Origin: an uncultured Prevotella sp.
GTDB taxonomy: Bacteria > Bacteroidota > Bacteroidia > Bacteroidales > Bacteroidaceae
DNA length: 64,000 bases
Direction of reading: 5' to 3'
Assembly (NCBI GenBank): GCA_944320195.1
Contig: CALUGP010000059.1
Coordinates: 2,080-66,079 of the forward strand
Of the stretch, positions 61,091-64,000 are shown in pieces (the stretch's first letter is position 1; the number at the start of each line of letters is the position of its first letter). Below the pieces are notes generated by a model. The model saw nothing but the letters and a program-made list of their open reading frames with translations. It did no database searches and was not told the origin of the DNA. Made by a program: the position numbers and the translations under genes.

Positions 61091-62551
61091 TTACCCTACT
61101 GTCCCCTCCAGCGACACGCTGAGCAGCTTCTGAGCCTCAACGGCGAACTCCATGGGCAGCTTGTTAAGCACTTCCTTGGCGTATCCGTTGACGATGAGGC
61201 CCACGGCTTGCTCGGTCGGTATGCCGCGCTGGTTGCAGTAGAAGAGCTGTTCCTCGCTGATTTTGCTGGTCGTAGCCTCATGCTCAACTATGGCCGAGTC
61301 GTTGTGTATGTCCATGTAGGGGAACGTGTGCGCGCCGCAGTCTGAGCCGAGCAGCAGCGAGTCGCACGACGAATAGTTGCGGGCATTGTCGGCATTAGGC
61401 GACACGCGCACCAGTCCTCGGTACGAGTTCTGGCTGTGCCCGGCGCTGATACCCTTGCTTATGATGGTACTCTTGGTGTTCTTTCCCAAGTGAATCATCT
61501 TCGTTCCGGTGTCAGCTTCCTGATAATTGTTGGTCACTGCCACGGAATAAAACTCCGCCACCGAGTTGTCTCCGCGCAATATGCACGACGGATACTTCCA
61601 TGTTATTGCCGACCCCGTCTCTACCTGCGTCCACGAGAGCTTCGAGTTATTGCCCCGCAGGTCGCCGCGCTTGGTCACGAGATTCAGCACACCGCCTCGC
61701 CCGTGCTCGTCGCCGGGATACCAGTTCTGCACCGTTGAGTATTTCACTTCGGCGTTGTCTTTCACTATTATCTCGACGATGGCGGCATGAAGCTGGTTCT
61801 CGTCGCGCATCGGAGCGGTGCATCCTTCAAGGTAAGACACGTAGCTGTCGTCCTCGGCGATGATGAGCGTACGCTCGAACTGCCCCGTATTCCTCGCGTT
61901 TATGCGGAAATACGAACTGAGCTCCATCGGACTACGCACGCCCTTGGGTATGTAGACGAACGAGCCGTCGCTGAAAACGGCGCTGTTAAGCGCGGCGAAG
62001 AAATTGTCACGGTACGGCACAACACTGCCCAAATACTCACGCACGAGGTCGGGATGCTGCTTCACCGCGTCGCCTATCGAGCAGAATATGATACCCTTCT
62101 CGGCCAGTTTCTCCTTATACGTAGTCTTCACCGACACCGAGTCCATTATCGCGTCGACGGCCGTCTGACCGCTCAGCGCGAGGCGTTCCTCGAGCGGAAT
62201 GCCCAGCTTGTCAAACGTTTTCATCAGCTCAGGGTCAATCTCCTTCTTGCCCTCGTCCTTCTTCTTGGCCATAGGGTCGGCATAGTAAGATATTGCCTGG
62301 TAGTCGATGTCGGGCACGTTGACGTGCCCCCACGTCGGCTGCTCCAGCGTCTGCCAGTAGTTGAAGGCCTTAAGGCGGAAGTCGAGCAGCCACTCCGGCT
62401 CACCTTTCTTTGCCGAGATGAGACGCACCACGTCCTCGTTAAGTCCTACGTCGATTATGTCCGTATGCACGTCGGTAGTAAAGCCGAACTCGTATTTCTG
62501 CTCGGCCACCTGGCGCACAAACTCGTTCTGGTTGTTGTTTACTGTCTCCAT
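61091..62551 (-). CDS. sufB: Fe-S cluster assembly scaffold SufB
   Basis: [13 protein letters not shown]... start (ATG 62551); conserved C-terminal [21 protein letters not shown]. Confidence 0.95.
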   Translation of the reverse strand: METVNNNQNEFVRQVAEQKYEFGFTTDVHTDIIDVGLNEDVVRLISAKKGEPEWLLDFRLKAFNYWQTLEQPTWGHVNVPDIDYQAISYYADPMAKKKDEGKKEIDPELMKTFDKLGIPLEERLALSGQTAVDAIMDSVSVKTTYKEKLAEKGIIFCSIGDAVKQHPDLVREYLGSVVPYRDNFFAALNSAVFSDGSFVYIPKGVRSPMELSSYFRINARNTGQFERTLIIAEDDSYVSYLEGCTAPMRDENQLHAAIVEIIVKDNAEVKYSTVQNWYPGDEHGRGGVLNLVTKRGDLRGNNSKLSWTQVETGSAITWKYPSCILRGDNSVAEFYSVAVTNNYQEADTGTKMIHLGKNTKSTIISKGISAGHSQNSYRGLVRVSPNADNARNYSSCDSLLLGSDCGAHTFPYMDIHNDSAIVEHEATTSKISEEQLFYCNQRGIPTEQAVGLIVNGYAKEVLNKLPMEFAVEAQKLLSVSLEGTVG

Positions 62552-62605
62552 TCTTGTAAAACCAATAGTCGCCGGGCTTTGCCGGGACACATTTCTGCAA
62601 GTTTG

Positions 62606-62613
62606 CAAAGATA
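62606..62613 (-). promoter_or_regulatory. Bacteroidetes -7 box for sufBCDS
   Basis: Minus-strand TATCTTTG 55 nt upstream of ATG 62551. Confidence 0.5.
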
Positions 62614-62685
62614 AGCAATAATGGATGCACAAGCAAAATTTTACATATAAAAAAACAAAACATGTGTGGCCGTATGCCCTGTTGC

Positions 62686-62822
62686 AGCCTGTCAGCATGT
62701 ATGCCGAATTTCAAAAGGCCGTAAATCGCAATGCGAAAGGCCGTCGATTACAACGCAAAAGGCCGTGTTTCACGATGCGAAACACGGCCTTTTGCGAACA
62801 TGCTGATTGTCAGCGGTTTGCG
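62686..62822. repeat. family A array, locus A16 (flanking module overlaps the stop codon of the 62810 CDS)
   Basis: CAAAAGGCCGTAAATCG, GCGAAAGGCCGTCGATT, AAAAGGCCGTGTTTCACGATGCGAAACACGGCCTTTT hairpin, CTGATTGTCAGCGGTTTGCG module. Confidence 0.85.
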
Positions 62823-64000
62823 GGCGTGGCATTTCCCTCCTTCAGGTTGTCGATGAAGAGCAGCAGGCGGTTGGTTATGTTGACGTCGCTCACGCCGCTG
62901 TCGAAGTCGAGCGAGAGTATGTTCATGTCGGGGAAGAAGGCCTTGATCTTCTTCTCCACGCCCTTGGACACTATGTGGTTGGCTATGCATCCGAAGGGCT
63001 GCAGGCTCACCACGCTGCGCACTCCCTGCCTGGCGCACGACATTATCTCGGCCGGCAGCAGCCATCCCTCGCCGAACTGTGCGCTCAGCGTTATCACCTT
63101 GCGCGCCTCCTCGGCCTCGGCGAAGATGTCGGCGAACGGCGTGAAGCGGCTGAACGCCGCCGCGGCGCGGTTCACGCGGTCAATGTGCTTCCTTATGCGC
63201 CTGTACGCCAGTGTGTAGGCGAAGTCCGCCACTGACCGACGGCGCAGGTGGGCGGCCTCGTCGGCGCGCCTGTTCACGAAGCTCTGCATGAAGAAGTCGA
63301 GCAGCAGCGGGGGCACAATCTCCACTCCTTGGGATATGAGCCAGTCGGTGACGCTTTTCTGGGCGAAGGGGTTGAACTTGAGGAATATCTCGCCGACGAC
63401 GCACACCTTGGGGCACTCCGTGTCGCGGCAGATGCGGTTGAACTCGGCGGCGGCCATGCCGAGATAGCTTACCAGGTCGTCGTGCCGCCCCTCGACGATG
63501 AGGCTCTCGCCGGCCTCGAGGTAGAGGTCGCGCAGCCGCGCCGCCTGTCCTGGCTGCTTCTCGCGCACCACCGAGGCGTAATAGAACTTGGATATGCAGT
63601 CGCTGTAAAGCACGGCATACAGCGCTATGGGCAGCATCTTCATCCAGTTTACGCGGAAACCGGGCTGCCTGTTGCCCATGGAGCCGCCGAAGGTGAACGC
63701 CACAACGGGCACTTCGGCGTAGCCGGCGTCCACCAGCGCCTTCTTGATAAGCTGCACGTAGCTGCTCGCGCGGCACTGTCCGCCCGTCTGGGTCATGGCC
63801 ACGGCCGTCTTCGCCGGGTCGTACTTGCCGCTCTTGAAGGCCTTTATTATGTCGCCAACGATGAGCGTCGCCGGGTAGCAAACCTCGTTGTTGGCGTATC
63901 TCAGGCCCCATTCGCACGACTCGGTGTCGCTCAGCGGCAGGTTGTCCACGTCGTAGCCGGCCACACGCATGATGGCCGGTATGAGCGGGGAGATGAACGG
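62810..64000 (-). CDS. acyl-CoA dehydratase activase-related / 2-hydroxyacyl-CoA dehydratase family protein, C-terminal part (5' end outside window)
   Basis: NNEVCYPATLIVGDII..., QTGGQCRASSY..., LQPFGCIANHIV blocks resemble the C-terminal region of large BadF/BcrA-activase fusion proteins. Frame open to the window end. Confidence 0.7.
   Translation of the reverse strand, partial: PFISPLIPAIMRVAGYDVDNLPLSDTESCEWGLRYANNEVCYPATLIVGDIIKAFKSGKYDPAKTAVAMTQTGGQCRASSYVQLIKKALVDAGYAEVPVVAFTFGGSMGNRQPGFRVNWMKMLPIALYAVLYSDCISKFYYASVVREKQPGQAARLRDLYLEAGESLIVEGRHDDLVSYLGMAAAEFNRICRDTECPKVCVVGEIFLKFNPFAQKSVTDWLISQGVEIVPPLLLDFFMQSFVNRRADEAAHLRRRSVADFAYTLAYRRIRKHIDRVNRAAAAFSRFTPFADIFAEAEEARKVITLSAQFGEGWLLPAEIMSCARQGVRSVVSLQPFGCIANHIVSKGVEKKIKAFFPDMNILSLDFDSGVSDVNITNRLLLFIDNLKEGNATPANR

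Noticed and set aside
1-64000. Search for tRNA, rRNA, tmRNA, RNase P RNA, integrases, transposases, phage or conjugation genes, toxin-antitoxin pairs, restriction-modification or other defence systems.
   Set aside because: None was recognisable by eye in any intergenic region or ORF translation. The only mobile-looking DNA is non-coding (families A-E). Small structured RNAs cannot be excluded without covariance-model scans.

Overview
This is a 64-kb chromosomal segment from a GC-rich member of the Bacteroidales. The assignment rests on TAnnTTTG -7 promoter boxes, a CarboxypepD_reg/TonB-dependent receptor, a T9SS C-terminal sorting domain, and typical Bacteroidales gene orders: dapB-lepB-lepB'-wbqC, argR-GNAT-argG-argC-argD, rimP-nusA-infB and sufBCDS. 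I call 54 CDS, two of them truncated by the window edges. Almost all are housekeeping: topA, aroK, speA, argB, pnp, crcB, dapB, lepB, dprA, dus, tcdA, the arg, suf and nusA/infB operons, and rnhB. A few accessory genes are present: two carbohydrate esterases, an NPP phosphodiesterase, a TonB receptor, a PCMD/OM-barrel/calycin-like T9SS trio, a DKNYY repeat protein, an ECF sigma pair, a DUF2975+XRE pair and a WYL-type regulator. I see no rRNA, tRNA, CRISPR array, transposase, integrase, prophage or recognisable defence genes. The unusual content is non-coding. Almost every intergenic gap, including gaps inside operons, is occupied by members of at least five interspersed repeat families that combine into mosaics. 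(A) REP/BIME-like arrays of AAAGGCCGTCTTT hairpins occur at 16 loci. (B) Long palindromes whose arms are tandem 7-8-nt TAA-containing words occur at 14 loci in several word subfamilies. (C) A degenerate 9-bp-period ATAAGCC/ATTAGGCC minisatellite. (D) A roughly 40-nt hairpin plus G-quadruplex-type module, CAAGCTCCCTCCC-TTYG-GGAGGGYTGGGGTGGGTGT. (E) Three MITE-like giant hairpins with GGTTCATCCGCA termini. Several genes take their stop codon or last codons from these elements. All coordinates for repeats, hairpins and motifs were read by eye and are approximate to a few nt. Functional statements about the repeats are inference.
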